From Minisyncoccota bacterium (GTDB lineage: Bacteria > Patescibacteriota > JACMRA01): a stretch of DNA of 64,000 nucleotides. Below the pieces are notes generated by a model that was not told the DNA's origin, ran no database searches, and saw nothing but the letters and a program-made list of their open reading frames with translations. Positions 10,033-19,868 of the stretch are shown here, one piece after another. The position numbers were made by a program, and so were the translations under genes. Where the stretch lies: assembly GCA_014376695.1 (NCBI GenBank), contig JACMRA010000002.1:7323-71322 (forward strand), written 5' to 3'. Each line of letters opens with the position of its first letter. Within the stretch, counting starts at the first letter, position 1.

Positions 10033-12348
10033 TTATCTATCTCTCGGGACTTTGAGATAATCTAGAGAAAAACTCATCATTTCTTTGAATCCAGGCATAA
10101 GCGTTGTGTCCGCAAAGTTGGTAACGACACCTGGACGGGGTTCAGAGATTTTTATAACTATCATTACTTCAGCGTTGGTGGTAGGGCCGTAACCGATTAA
10201 TGTATGGTCGAATAAGCCTTTTTCGGTGTTGCAGGTGTAATCGCAGGGTTTATCGTCGTGTTGCCTCGTGATTTGAGCGGTACCAGTTTTGGCCGCGACG
10301 CTGTATCCAGGAATGCTATTACGGCCGACTTGCTGACCTAAATACCCTTCGTCAATTACAGCTTGCATATATCCTGTAGTTAGTTTTGCACTTTTTTCGG
10401 TAAATATGGATTTTGGTTCTGGTCGATTTAGAATTGAGTCACTCCCGTGGCCATCGTCAATTTTGCCATTTTGATCTACTATCTTTTCGACGAGAAACGG
10501 CTCTACCATCTGACCTTTGTTCGCTAAGGCTGTGTAGGCCCGAGCAAGTTGAATGGTACTAATAGCAATCCCTTGACCAAACCCGTGCTGAGCAAAGCAA
10601 TATTGACAGTCCATATTCTTTTCGAGGCTACTTAAATTACCATTACCGCCCCCTGCAAAGGTGGCCTCAGTTGGCTTGTTAAACTCGAACTTGTTGACAA
10701 AATAGTCTCGGAGCTTGACATTGCCCAAGCTGTCTGTAATATCAGATATCATAGTATTAATAGAATCTCTAATTGTGAGCTTGAGGTCGTTTTGCCTGCC
10801 TGAATAAGAAATATTTTGGGAATTACTAATTCGTAGCTCCGCACCGTTTAATTCTTTGTAAATTTTGCCATTTTTATCATAATCGGCTTTTTTCCAGTCT
10901 TCTGGTACTCCGATACGCTGGCCTTGGCTCCCTGTGGTACCTTTTTCATATTCGGTTAGTGCAGCGGCCACCGTAAGCGGTTTCATAACAGACCCGACTT
11001 CATAATCTTCGCTAGTTGCGACATTTCGATAGGTGGATACCTCGCCTTGACCGTATAAATTTGGATCGAAGCTTGGAGCTGAGGCAAGGGCTAAGATTTT
11101 TCCGGTCTTGGGGTTCATTACTACCATAGAGGCGTTGCGAGGTTTGCCGTTGGCGTTGGTATTTTCTTTTATGGCTTTTGCTAGTATTTCCTCGGCTTTT
11201 TGTTGCATTGTCATATCTAGAGTTAGGTAGATATCGGAGCCATTTTGGGCTGGGAGAGAATCTTCGTTATTGAGCTTGTTGCCAAGAATAACCGTACGCC
11301 CGTTTCGCCCGGCCAGTGTTGAGCAGTATTTTTGCTCCAGCCCGTAATAGCCAATAGCATAATCGAGGCTTGAGGCGCCGCTTCGGTCGTTATCTTCGAT
11401 CATTTGCCTGCACTCAGTTTTGACGCCCTCTTGGCGGCTAACATTGTATTTGGGGATGTAACCAAGAGTTGCACCGAGTAGGTCGCCATAGGGATAGGAA
11501 CGAGTTATATTTTCGCGAACTCCGAGCCATGTAAAATATGCCATTTTGTTGTCGCTTTGATCTATGAGATAGTTTGCCACTTTTTTTTGAAATTCAGTAA
11601 TACCTTTGACCAAAATTACGTACCGCGATGGGTTTTCTTTTGTGGTTTCTAGATTGATTAAGTCCAACACGGTATTATATGGAAGGTTGAGATTGCCGGC
11701 CAGCCCCGAGGCCAAATCTTCAGTTTTGAGTTTATTTTTGTTAATTATAGACTTGAGAGCTAGAGGGTCGATTGAGAGATTGGCTGTATTTTGAGTGCTA
11801 GTTAACGAAATCTTTGGCTGGTTTCTAGCGAAATCTTGAATGTATATTTGGCCTTTTTTTTGATTTTCGATAATGCTTCGCCTGACAACCCCGCTTCCAG
11901 CGTCAATTGTATTATTGGCAGACACATAATAATTAAAAATTTGGAGATTGGCCAAATGCAATATAAGTAATCCAAAGATCACAAAAGTCCCAAATTTAAC
12001 TACGTTTATTCGGCCCCTTGTAGCTATCCACGCGTAAATTGCCGACACCAATATAGAAATTTGCATCTTGAGGCTCTTGCCAAAAATGGAGAATATTCCG
12101 CTTGGAGCCGTCTTTTTGGTAGTTGTCCTAGTTTTTGCTTGCTTGCTTTTTGGTTTTTCAAATTCCCGATAAATTGACTTAGTGCTAGGTGAGGTAAAGT
12201 TACTATTTTTGGTACTTTTTGTTGGTCGGGTATTAGAATCAGTTAATTGAGCAAAGCTTTCGTGAATTTTTGTGGTCAATTGTTTCAAATTAGACTGTTC
12301 ACGGGATATAGTTTTTAGGTTATTTATGTTTAATTTTATTTTTGCCAT
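10033..12348 (-). CDS. Class B penicillin-binding protein (FtsI/PBP2-type transpeptidase)
   Basis: 'RSYPYG', 'GLEQKY', SxxK 'GSVMKP', SxN 'SIN', 'KTGTAQ'. Confidence 0.9.
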   Translation of the reverse strand: MAKIKLNINNLKTISREQSNLKQLTTKIHESFAQLTDSNTRPTKSTKNSNFTSPSTKSIYREFEKPKSKQAKTRTTTKKTAPSGIFSIFGKSLKMQISILVSAIYAWIATRGRINVVKFGTFVIFGLLILHLANLQIFNYYVSANNTIDAGSGVVRRSIIENQKKGQIYIQDFARNQPKISLTSTQNTANLSIDPLALKSIINKNKLKTEDLASGLAGNLNLPYNTVLDLINLETTKENPSRYVILVKGITEFQKKVANYLIDQSDNKMAYFTWLGVRENITRSYPYGDLLGATLGYIPKYNVSRQEGVKTECRQMIEDNDRSGASSLDYAIGYYGLEQKYCSTLAGRNGRTVILGNKLNNEDSLPAQNGSDIYLTLDMTMQQKAEEILAKAIKENTNANGKPRNASMVVMNPKTGKILALASAPSFDPNLYGQGEVSTYRNVATSEDYEVGSVMKPLTVAAALTEYEKGTTGSQGQRIGVPEDWKKADYDKNGKIYKELNGAELRISNSQNISYSGRQNDLKLTIRDSINTMISDITDSLGNVKLRDYFVNKFEFNKPTEATFAGGGNGNLSSLEKNMDCQYCFAQHGFGQGIAISTIQLARAYTALANKGQMVEPFLVEKIVDQNGKIDDGHGSDSILNRPEPKSIFTEKSAKLTTGYMQAVIDEGYLGQQVGRNSIPGYSVAAKTGTAQITRQHDDKPCDYTCNTEKGLFDHTLIGYGPTTNAEVMIVIKISEPRPGVVTNFADTTLMPGFKEMMSFSLDYLKVPRDR

Positions 12349-12363
12349 CGCGGACTTGATTTT

Positions 12364-14550
12364 TTATTTGTCTTTGAATCTATAAAAATATTCGTCTTTT
12401 TTGTCCAGTCGGCAATCAATTATTGCGTATTTACGCCCAAGATATTGCATAAATGTAGACTTTTTGAGAAGTTTTTCTGGCCACTCAACGAAGGCAATAT
12501 TATCAACATTGGTTAACTCTTCTTCAATCCAGCTAAGGTCGTTATCTTCAATTGGGTTAAGCCGGTGTAAATCTAGATGGGTGATTTCTTGATAATTTTG
12601 GCTACTTGCCATTCCAGCTGCTTTGAGCGGGTATTTTTGCATCAGGGCAAAAGTTGGCGAGCTGGCCTCTATTTCAGTACCCAGAATTTTACATAGTTCG
12701 GTTACCAAATGAGTTTTTCCGCTTCCCATTTCGCCTCGAAGGAAGAAGAGGGAGATTTCTTTATTGGTGATTAAGGTGCTTGCTATGTCGAGAAGCTTGT
12801 CGAGATAAATCTTTTTATTCATCGGGACAGATAAGGTTTTTGGCTTATCTTTTTTGCCGCCGCCGCCCATAAAGCTTTGGGGTTGCACACCTTCGAGGAA
12901 ATCAACTAATTTGTAGCTGTCGGGATGCTGGCGGACTTTATTTAGGGCTGCTTCCTCAATTTGTCGTACACGTTCTCGAGTTACGTGAAACACATAGCCA
13001 ATTTCTTCAAGCGTGTGTCCGATATTAGTACCGTCGAGCCCAAATCTTAAGAGGACAACTTTTTTCTCCCTTGGTTCTAAGCAGTCTTCAATAATCTTCA
13101 TAATGTGGTGATGGAGAAGTTTATTGGATGCTTCGTCAATAGGTTGAATTGTTGATTCGTCCTGAATCATATCTACCATTTGAGTGTCAGTTTCGTCGCT
13201 AAAACCGACCATAGTATCAATCGAGATAGTGTCTTGGCTAATTCGTTTGAAGTAATAAATTGTATCTACATCGACTTCTAGGCGTTCGGCCATTTCATCG
13301 TCAGTTGGATCTCGGCCTAATTCATCGACCAGCATTTTTCTCTCTTTTCTAAATTTGTTTAGTTTTTCTTCAACGTGAACAGGTAGTCTAACGGGCTTAC
13401 TTTGGTCAGCCAAGGCACGTTTTATGCTTTGATCTATCCAGTAGTTGGCATAAGTACTAAATTTATATCCACGTCGCCAATCAAATTTTTCTACGGCACG
13501 GAGTAATCCCATATTCCCTTCTTGAATCAAGTCCAAAAAGGCTAGGTTTCGTCCCATATATCGCTTTGCTAAGTGGACAACCAATCGCAGATTAGCGTTA
13601 TTTAACTCTCGTTTGGCAGCTTGGTCGCCTTGCTCGATGCGTTTAGCTAACTCAACTTCCTGATCTTTGGTCAAGAGCGGATATCGATAAATATCTCGAA
13701 TGTAGTTCTGGGCAGCGTCGTCAGATAATTCACTAGAATCGAAGTCAAATCCGTTATTGTCAGTGAGTTTTTCGGCCAGCTCTATTTCGAGTGAGGAGTT
13801 CCCAGCCTCGTCATTGATACTGTTCCAAAGGTTGTCTAAAGTGTTGACATAATTAATTGGCGATCCGGAGTCCTCACATAAATCGATAATATCTTCGACC
13901 AGTTCAATGTTATTTTCTGGAAAAGGAATAGCGTAAAGCACCTCGTCTTCGGTAACGAAACCTCGAGAAATCCCCTGTTTGATCATATCAACAATTTTTT
14001 GCTGAAAATTCAAATCTTCCATCTGGAAGTCAGGATAGAGGGAAGCATCGTTATTAATGAATTTTTTTAGGGTTTTGTTTTTGTTTTTACTTTCTCTAAT
14101 TTTGGCCTTTTTTTTCATTTTGACTTTAACTCCGTCATCTCTAGTTAAATATCGGCGACTGCCTTTTTCCTCGATGTTTTCGTTATCGAGGGCTTTTAGC
14201 CTATTCATCTCAGCTGCCGAAACCAGGTTAAGTCCAAGAATACCTTTGCGAGTAACTATTTCTTCTGAGTTGGTATTTTTTTTGTTGTCGAGATCCAAAA
14301 AATCATCCCCTTTACCTTTTCCGCCGTCTTTTTTGCCAAGCTTTAGTTTATCACCAGAATCCGAGTCCTCTTTTTTTGGAGGCTTAGTGTTCATAATCTT
14401 AGTGATTTTTGGGGCGCGGACTTTTGCGGTTTTAGCAGATCCTATCGTCAATCTTTTACGGTCCGATGACGATCGTTTTTGGATTTGAGCACCTTCTTCT
14501 ACTTCTCCAATATTGTGTTTGAGTGTTTCTGCGATGGTCTTCCTTGGCAT
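12364..14550 (-). CDS. rpoD: Primary sigma factor RpoD fused at its C-terminus to a TsaE (YjeE)-like P-loop ATPase
   Basis: '[12 protein letters not shown]', '[10 protein letters not shown]', 'KFSTYA', 'TRERVRQIE'; then 'GEMGSGKT', 'SSPTF', 'HLDLHRL', 'VEWPE' in the same frame. Confidence 0.9.
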   Translation of the reverse strand: MPRKTIAETLKHNIGEVEEGAQIQKRSSSDRKRLTIGSAKTAKVRAPKITKIMNTKPPKKEDSDSGDKLKLGKKDGGKGKGDDFLDLDNKKNTNSEEIVTRKGILGLNLVSAAEMNRLKALDNENIEEKGSRRYLTRDDGVKVKMKKKAKIRESKNKNKTLKKFINNDASLYPDFQMEDLNFQQKIVDMIKQGISRGFVTEDEVLYAIPFPENNIELVEDIIDLCEDSGSPINYVNTLDNLWNSINDEAGNSSLEIELAEKLTDNNGFDFDSSELSDDAAQNYIRDIYRYPLLTKDQEVELAKRIEQGDQAAKRELNNANLRLVVHLAKRYMGRNLAFLDLIQEGNMGLLRAVEKFDWRRGYKFSTYANYWIDQSIKRALADQSKPVRLPVHVEEKLNKFRKERKMLVDELGRDPTDDEMAERLEVDVDTIYYFKRISQDTISIDTMVGFSDETDTQMVDMIQDESTIQPIDEASNKLLHHHIMKIIEDCLEPREKKVVLLRFGLDGTNIGHTLEEIGYVFHVTRERVRQIEEAALNKVRQHPDSYKLVDFLEGVQPQSFMGGGGKKDKPKTLSVPMNKKIYLDKLLDIASTLITNKEISLFFLRGEMGSGKTHLVTELCKILGTEIEASSPTFALMQKYPLKAAGMASSQNYQEITHLDLHRLNPIEDNDLSWIEEELTNVDNIAFVEWPEKLLKKSTFMQYLGRKYAIIDCRLDKKDEYFYRFKDK

Positions 14551-14889
14551 ATTTGGTAGTTAAAATAATTATAAAAATTTGTAAAAATATGTTACTATAT
14601 TAAAAAACTTAATTGAAATAACTAAAAATTATAATTTATTTATGGAGTTTCTTGATTTTATTTGTTTCGACTTGAAGGTTGAGACTTATTTGACTAAAAT
14701 TGTATTGCCCGATAGATTATGATATAATATGATTGTATTCTAATAATATCGAGAGTATATAACAATTAATAGTTTTGTACTATTTTTTAAAACAGATAGC
14801 CCAGAATTAGCTTTTGCAATGTATCAAATCAAATAAAAAAGTATTAATCAAAAAACGTCAAGCCAAATTAATTTTTAAAAAACAATTTT

Positions 14890-15636
14890 ATGCTGATAAT
14901 CGTCGAGTCTCCCGCAAAAGCCAAAACAATATCTCAAATTCTCTCAGGTTTCAAAGAGTTTCAGGGGTCCTATGTACGCGCCTCTAAAGGACATATTAGA
15001 GTAATCAGCGATACAAATAAAACCGTTGACGGCAAAAAACTCGAAATTAGCGGAATAGATATTGATAATAATTTTAACCCGATATATGACATTGACGAGT
15101 CTAAAAGAGATGTCATTTTAGAACTAAAAAAATTAGCCAAAAATTCTGACGTTATCTTGTTTGCAACCGATGAAGATCGAGAAGGTGAAGCTATTAGCTG
15201 GCATTTGTCAGAAATTCTAGGTATTAAAGATAAGTCGCAAGTCAAGAGGATGGTATTTCACGAAATTACCAAAAACGCCATTCTCAAAGCCATTAAGGAA
15301 CCACGAGACTTAGATCTAAATTTGGTTGCGGCCCAAAAAGCTCGACAAGTCCTCGATAAGTTAGTCGGGTACAAATTGTCGCCAATACTTTGGAAAACCC
15401 TCGGCAATTACAGTCTTAGTGCAGGCCGGGTTCAATCACCAGCGCTTCGGCTGATCTGTGGACGCGAAGGAGAGATTAATATATTTGTACCTCAAGAATA
15501 TTGGGAAATACGCGGGAAATTTGTCCCCTTTAGTTCTGGGATCAGTATTAATAAGCCGAACAGCCAGAGAACTACGTCGACAGACTTTGAAAAGCTGATT
15601 CAGGCTTTTGACAGCCAGCGGCTACTCCCAGTATAG
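14890..15636 (+). CDS. topA: DNA topoisomerase I, N-terminal fragment (TOPRIM; no catalytic Tyr domain)
   Basis: 'IVESPAKAKTI', 'ATDEDREGEAI', 'SAGRVQSPAL', 'EYW'; ends at 248 aa with a ~35-aa unrelated tail. Confidence 0.85.
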   Translation: MLIIVESPAKAKTISQILSGFKEFQGSYVRASKGHIRVISDTNKTVDGKKLEISGIDIDNNFNPIYDIDESKRDVILELKKLAKNSDVILFATDEDREGEAISWHLSEILGIKDKSQVKRMVFHEITKNAILKAIKEPRDLDLNLVAAQKARQVLDKLVGYKLSPILWKTLGNYSLSAGRVQSPALRLICGREGEINIFVPQEYWEIRGKFVPFSSGISINKPNSQRTTSTDFEKLIQAFDSQRLLPV

Positions 15637-16362
15637 TCCACCAATCTCGCTGATTATTTTGTCTAATTCTTTTAATTGTTCAGGGTTTTTACTGCTGGCA
15701 GTTACCCGAAACCATCCCTGTCCTTCAGGAGAGTTAATACCGGCGTTTGGTTGGAGTTTGGTTTTTGTAAGTGCGGTATAAAGTTCTGCGCCGCAGGAAT
15801 CAGCTTGGGCGTAATCTTGCTTCTCGCCTGGACTTGATTTGCTTAGATCTGCTGACTTGATAATATCATTGTACTTTTGGCTGTCTTTGAGATGGATACT
15901 TGAGCTTGGAAAGTAGATATAATCAGTTCGCCCAATTGGAAGAACGCGAGTAACTTTGTCGCTAACTTTGACGGTATTGGTATTGCAGGTGATATTGGTT
16001 AATCCGCTGACACTAGGAACTTCAAGCGTAATAACGGCCTTAGTTTCGGCTTTTGATAATGAAAATTGTTTAGTTGAAATACTTCCCACTTGCCAATCAG
16101 TTGGATAAGCTAACTGAAAGTTAGGAAAATCGCCGTAGCTATAAGTGGTTTTTTTAATCTCGGACTTAACGCTATTTTGGTTAGTAGCGCTACTTGGAGT
16201 CATATTGGTTTTTTTGGATATGTTCTTGATTAGCTCTGGGTTAAGACTTATAAAGGCGATACTAATGACTAAGATTAATATTAATCCGACAATTGGAATA
16301 ATCAGTTTTTTGAGTTTTTTGTTAAATGTTAGTTCGGATGTCTTTTTGTTTGGTTGAGTCAT
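15622..16362 (-). CDS. Membrane-anchored extracellular protein (PsbP-like N-domain possible)
   Basis: N-terminal TM; 'FQLAYPTDW' motif. Confidence 0.6.
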   Translation of the reverse strand: MTQPNKKTSELTFNKKLKKLIIPIVGLILILVISIAFISLNPELIKNISKKTNMTPSSATNQNSVKSEIKKTTYSYGDFPNFQLAYPTDWQVGSISTKQFSLSKAETKAVITLEVPSVSGLTNITCNTNTVKVSDKVTRVLPIGRTDYIYFPSSSIHLKDSQKYNDIIKSADLSKSSPGEKQDYAQADSCGAELYTALTKTKLQPNAGINSPEGQGWFRVTASSKNPEQLKELDKIISEIGGLYWE

Positions 16363-16460
16363 AGCTTGTTTTAATCACGATTTATTTGCTAGTTTTTATT
16401 GTTATGATTTTTATATTTATATATGTTATTTTTTTAGTCAAGAAATTTTTTGAATTAATT

Positions 16461-17384
16461 TTATTTTTGGAATAGCGAGGCTTCAAGATTACTGGCATCT
16501 CCTGTTTTGTTATTGAATGAGGCCATGGTTATCGCAAGCCTTGCTCGAACGGCCGTCATAGATTGTTTGATCTGCGTACCGAACTGCCCTTGCAGTTTTT
16601 TTAACATCTGGGTAATGGGATTTGGCTGAGTCGGATCCTCGGTCAAGGTCAATGGGTATCTACCGTCGCTTTGAGTAATCTCCAATTTGTCTAAATCAGG
16701 GATATTAGCATTAATTTCGGGTTTGAGTTGAATTTGGTCGACTAATTTGGGTAATGGAGTTGACACACTGGCCACCGCGGTGATTGGAACAAACTTGGGT
16801 TCAAAAATTTCGAATGGTGGGACAAAAAACTCGCTACTGTCTTCGAGTTGAGGAATAGATATATCGGGTAGGGCTTGGCTAATTCGCTGATTTAGACCGC
16901 TTTGAAAAATATCATCTTGGTTGATTGGAGGTAGGAAGCTTGGAAACTCTTCGACTGGGGAGTCGTCAGAATCATCGACATTTAATGTAGGGGCTGAAAC
17001 TATGGGGAGCGGAACTTGGTCTTGGAACTCAGGAGGCGGGGATAAATTTGGAGATGCGATTTGTGGGGGATTTTTTTTGGCAGTGGCTTCAAGGAATAAG
17101 CTCTCCCAATCAACCTGGTCTTCTACGGGTGCCTCAATTGGGCTAGGGGGAACTGGCGTGGCGGTCGAAACGGGACTTGGTTGAGTGGTATTGCCAAAAA
17201 AGTCATCCTCAGGTAAAGCCTCGAGGCTTGTAAATGGCTGTAATATCGGCTCAATGGGAAGGAGGGGCTTTTGAGCAGAAGAAACTCGAAGAGCTTTTAA
17301 ACGAGCCATCGCAGGGCTAACGGTTGGAAGTGAAGCATCTTGATCAACTTGATCATCCGATAGGGTTGAATTAGGATTGGACAC
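16461..17384 (-). CDS. Pro/Ser/Asp-rich low-complexity hypothetical protein
   Basis: 307-aa open frame, GTG start; disordered with helical C-terminus. Confidence 0.55.
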   Translation of the reverse strand: MSNPNSTLSDDQVDQDASLPTVSPAMARLKALRVSSAQKPLLPIEPILQPFTSLEALPEDDFFGNTTQPSPVSTATPVPPSPIEAPVEDQVDWESLFLEATAKKNPPQIASPNLSPPPEFQDQVPLPIVSAPTLNVDDSDDSPVEEFPSFLPPINQDDIFQSGLNQRISQALPDISIPQLEDSSEFFVPPFEIFEPKFVPITAVASVSTPLPKLVDQIQLKPEINANIPDLDKLEITQSDGRYPLTLTEDPTQPNPITQMLKKLQGQFGTQIKQSMTAVRARLAITMASFNNKTGDASNLEASLFQK

Positions 17385-17559
17385 TGGTTAAATTGTGCTA
17401 AATTTCTGATATAAATCAATATAATTATCCATATTATATATAAGCAATAAGTTATTGTCAACCAAAAATCAATGGCTAATGTTGACAAAAATCCAGCGAC
17501 TAATAAGTATAAGAGTATTAATCAATAAAACAAATCACAGATTTTTAAGCAAAATAAAT

Positions 17560-18489
17560 ATGACAAACAAAATTACAGACAATAATCAATTACCCAAAAA
17601 TCCTAAGAATCCATCATTAAATCCAGTTAGCGCTAACAGCGAATTTGATTTTAGCTTTGACGTGACCAAAATTAGCCTACTTGCCGTTTCTCTCTTAGCA
17701 ATTCTGGGTATATTTTTGTTTGGGTTTAGCGGCGTACCGGCAATTCTTGATAACACTTCTGACTCTCAGCTTGCACGTAGTCAATCAACGGCAAGTGTCA
17801 AGGCAACGGCGGACAAGAAAAAAGCAGATGAATTGATTAAGCAAGAAAGCAGTAAACTGACCTTCGTTGATAAAAAAGCTATGATGAAAATTGCTAATTA
17901 TGGCGACCTGGAGATTAAACTTCTGGACAAAATTGCCCCAAAGAGCGTCGAAAACTTTATCCGATTAACAAATCGTAAATTCTACGACAATAAAATTGTC
18001 CATAGGATAGTTAAGCAACCAACATTTACTGTCCTACAAGGCGGTCAGGCAGTTGGCCAAGATCCCAAAACCTCGGCGGATGGAACCACGGTTATGGATG
18101 AATTATGGGAGGTAGCGCCAGATCAAGTCCAGGATCAACAAACAGGTACTTTTACCGTCAAGAATACTCCTAAATTCAAATCAACAGAATATTACAAAGA
18201 TTACATTGCTGAAAAAGGATTGGTAACTTATCCAAAAGGAACGATCTTAATGGCAAAAACCAAAGAAGCCAACTCCGCAACTACTGAATTTTTTATCTCG
18301 CTTGCTGACACAACTCTGCCGGCTCAATATACCGTTTTTGGGATAGTTAACCCAAGTAATTTTGGGGTATTAGACAAGATTAATGCTGAAGTTGGAGTTG
18401 AGGCTACTGTTACCAGTCAAGGTCAAGCTGATCCAACTGACGGAAAGCCTAATAAAGAGATTAAGTTTACATCGGTAACTATCGAATAG
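17560..18489 (+). CDS. Membrane-anchored cyclophilin-type peptidyl-prolyl isomerase
   Basis: 'APKSVENF', 'FYD..IVHRIV', 'LQGG', 'GTILMAK', 'EFFI', 'YTVFG'; ATG at 17560 preferred. Confidence 0.85.
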   Translation: MTNKITDNNQLPKNPKNPSLNPVSANSEFDFSFDVTKISLLAVSLLAILGIFLFGFSGVPAILDNTSDSQLARSQSTASVKATADKKKADELIKQESSKLTFVDKKAMMKIANYGDLEIKLLDKIAPKSVENFIRLTNRKFYDNKIVHRIVKQPTFTVLQGGQAVGQDPKTSADGTTVMDELWEVAPDQVQDQQTGTFTVKNTPKFKSTEYYKDYIAEKGLVTYPKGTILMAKTKEANSATTEFFISLADTTLPAQYTVFGIVNPSNFGVLDKINAEVGVEATVTSQGQADPTDGKPNKEIKFTSVTIE

Positions 18490-18573
18490 TTCGCGAGCCT
18501 CTTGACAATTTGCAATGATTTGGATTACTTTTTAGTCAATTAATCCTTATATTATATAACACCATCTTAACCT

Positions 18574-19185
18574 ATGTCAAAACCACAAAAACAACGAACA
18601 TTTGTAATGCTAAAGCCAGACGCAGTGCAACGCTCACTGATTGGAGAAATGATCAAGCGAATTGAGCGTACAGGCCTAAAACTAGTCGGTCTAAAATTGG
18701 CAGTTTGCGATGAAAAAAGGTTACTCGAGCATTATGCCAAAGACGACGCCTGGTATCTCAAAAAAGGACTTGGAATTGTCGATGGAATGAAAAGTCGAGG
18801 CGAAGAAATTACACGAGAACCTATCGAATACGGTAAAGACATTGTTCGGGCCTTAGTCAAGTTTATGATGGTTGGTCCAGTAGTTCAGATGGTTTGGGAA
18901 GGTAATGAGGCCATGGTCGTTGTCAAGAAGATTGCTGGGACAACTGAGCCATCCACAAGCGATGTAGGTACACTTCGGGGAGATTTCACTATCGATTCTT
19001 ATAATCTGGCCAATATGGATAATCGAGCAGCTCGAAATCTTATTCACATCACCGATCCAGCTGACGGGGCCGAAGAAGCTAATCGTGAAATTGCTATTTG
19101 GTTCCAAGAGTCCGAGTTGCTTAGCTATCGATTGCTAGTCGACGAAATGCTGTACGACGTAGATCTTAACTCAACGTTAGAATAG
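18574..19185 (+). CDS. ndk: Nucleoside diphosphate kinase
   Basis: 'RTFVMLKPDAVQR', 'GTLRGDF', 'RNLIH'. Confidence 0.92.
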   Translation: MSKPQKQRTFVMLKPDAVQRSLIGEMIKRIERTGLKLVGLKLAVCDEKRLLEHYAKDDAWYLKKGLGIVDGMKSRGEEITREPIEYGKDIVRALVKFMMVGPVVQMVWEGNEAMVVVKKIAGTTEPSTSDVGTLRGDFTIDSYNLANMDNRAARNLIHITDPADGAEEANREIAIWFQESELLSYRLLVDEMLYDVDLNSTLE

Positions 19186-19227
19186 TTAAAAATCCACAAT
19201 TACAAATCTAATCACAGCTCGCTTTAT

Positions 19228-19479
19228 ATGGTCAACAATTTTAGGAATAAAAACAAAAAAATTTGGTACTCTATAATCTTATTCGCGATACTTTCGGTTG
19301 TCGTAATCGGCCTTATAGTCTACAATAAACTAGGTGAAAACAGAAGCGTTAATCGAGTTAATATGGCTGGGGATTCAAGTCAGTCGATGACCAGTAGCCT
19401 CCCTAATTCGGCTAGCTCCCAAAGTTTCGGGGATAAACCTATGGATATTATGCCACCGGCATTAACCATCCCAAAATAA
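19228..19479 (+). CDS. Small membrane-anchored hypothetical protein
   Basis: Basic N-terminus plus TM helix, 83 aa. Confidence 0.55.
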   Translation: MVNNFRNKNKKIWYSIILFAILSVVVIGLIVYNKLGENRSVNRVNMAGDSSQSMTSSLPNSASSQSFGDKPMDIMPPALTIPK

Positions 19480-19510
19480 AATTATAAAATAACATTAACT
19501 TCTAATTATT

Positions 19511-19864
19511 ATGTTCAAAATTTTATGTCATTTAATCGCTAACATTGCTGTAATTTACATTTTAGCAGGTATTTTTGGGAACTTCATTTTGGGAGACGTG
19601 GTTCAAGTAGGCATTTTTATAGTCGTATTATCTCTACTGAATTGGCTTGTCGTACCTCTTGTCAGACTTATTTCATTTCCGGTAACATTTTTGACCTTTG
19701 GGCTATTTAATATTGTAATAACTTTGCTTGCCGTGCTTACTGCCCTTAATCTGACTAAGGGGGTCTTAATCTATGAGACTGGCATTGCTTATTTTATACT
19801 TTTGATAATTTTGACGCTTGCCCTTTCGCTTAGCAATACTTTGATTAGTAATTTTGTTAAGTAG
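19511..19864 (+). CDS. YvlD/phage-holin-family 4-TM membrane protein
   Basis: 'LLNWLVVPLVRLISFPVTFLTFGLF' signature. Confidence 0.75.
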   Translation: MFKILCHLIANIAVIYILAGIFGNFILGDVVQVGIFIVVLSLLNWLVVPLVRLISFPVTFLTFGLFNIVITLLAVLTALNLTKGVLIYETGIAYFILLIILTLALSLSNTLISNFVK

Positions 19865-19868
19865 CTAT

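Noticed and set aside
19511..19864. Prophage suggested by the holin-family gene
   Set aside because: YvlD-type proteins are common chromosomal genes, and the neighbours are housekeeping
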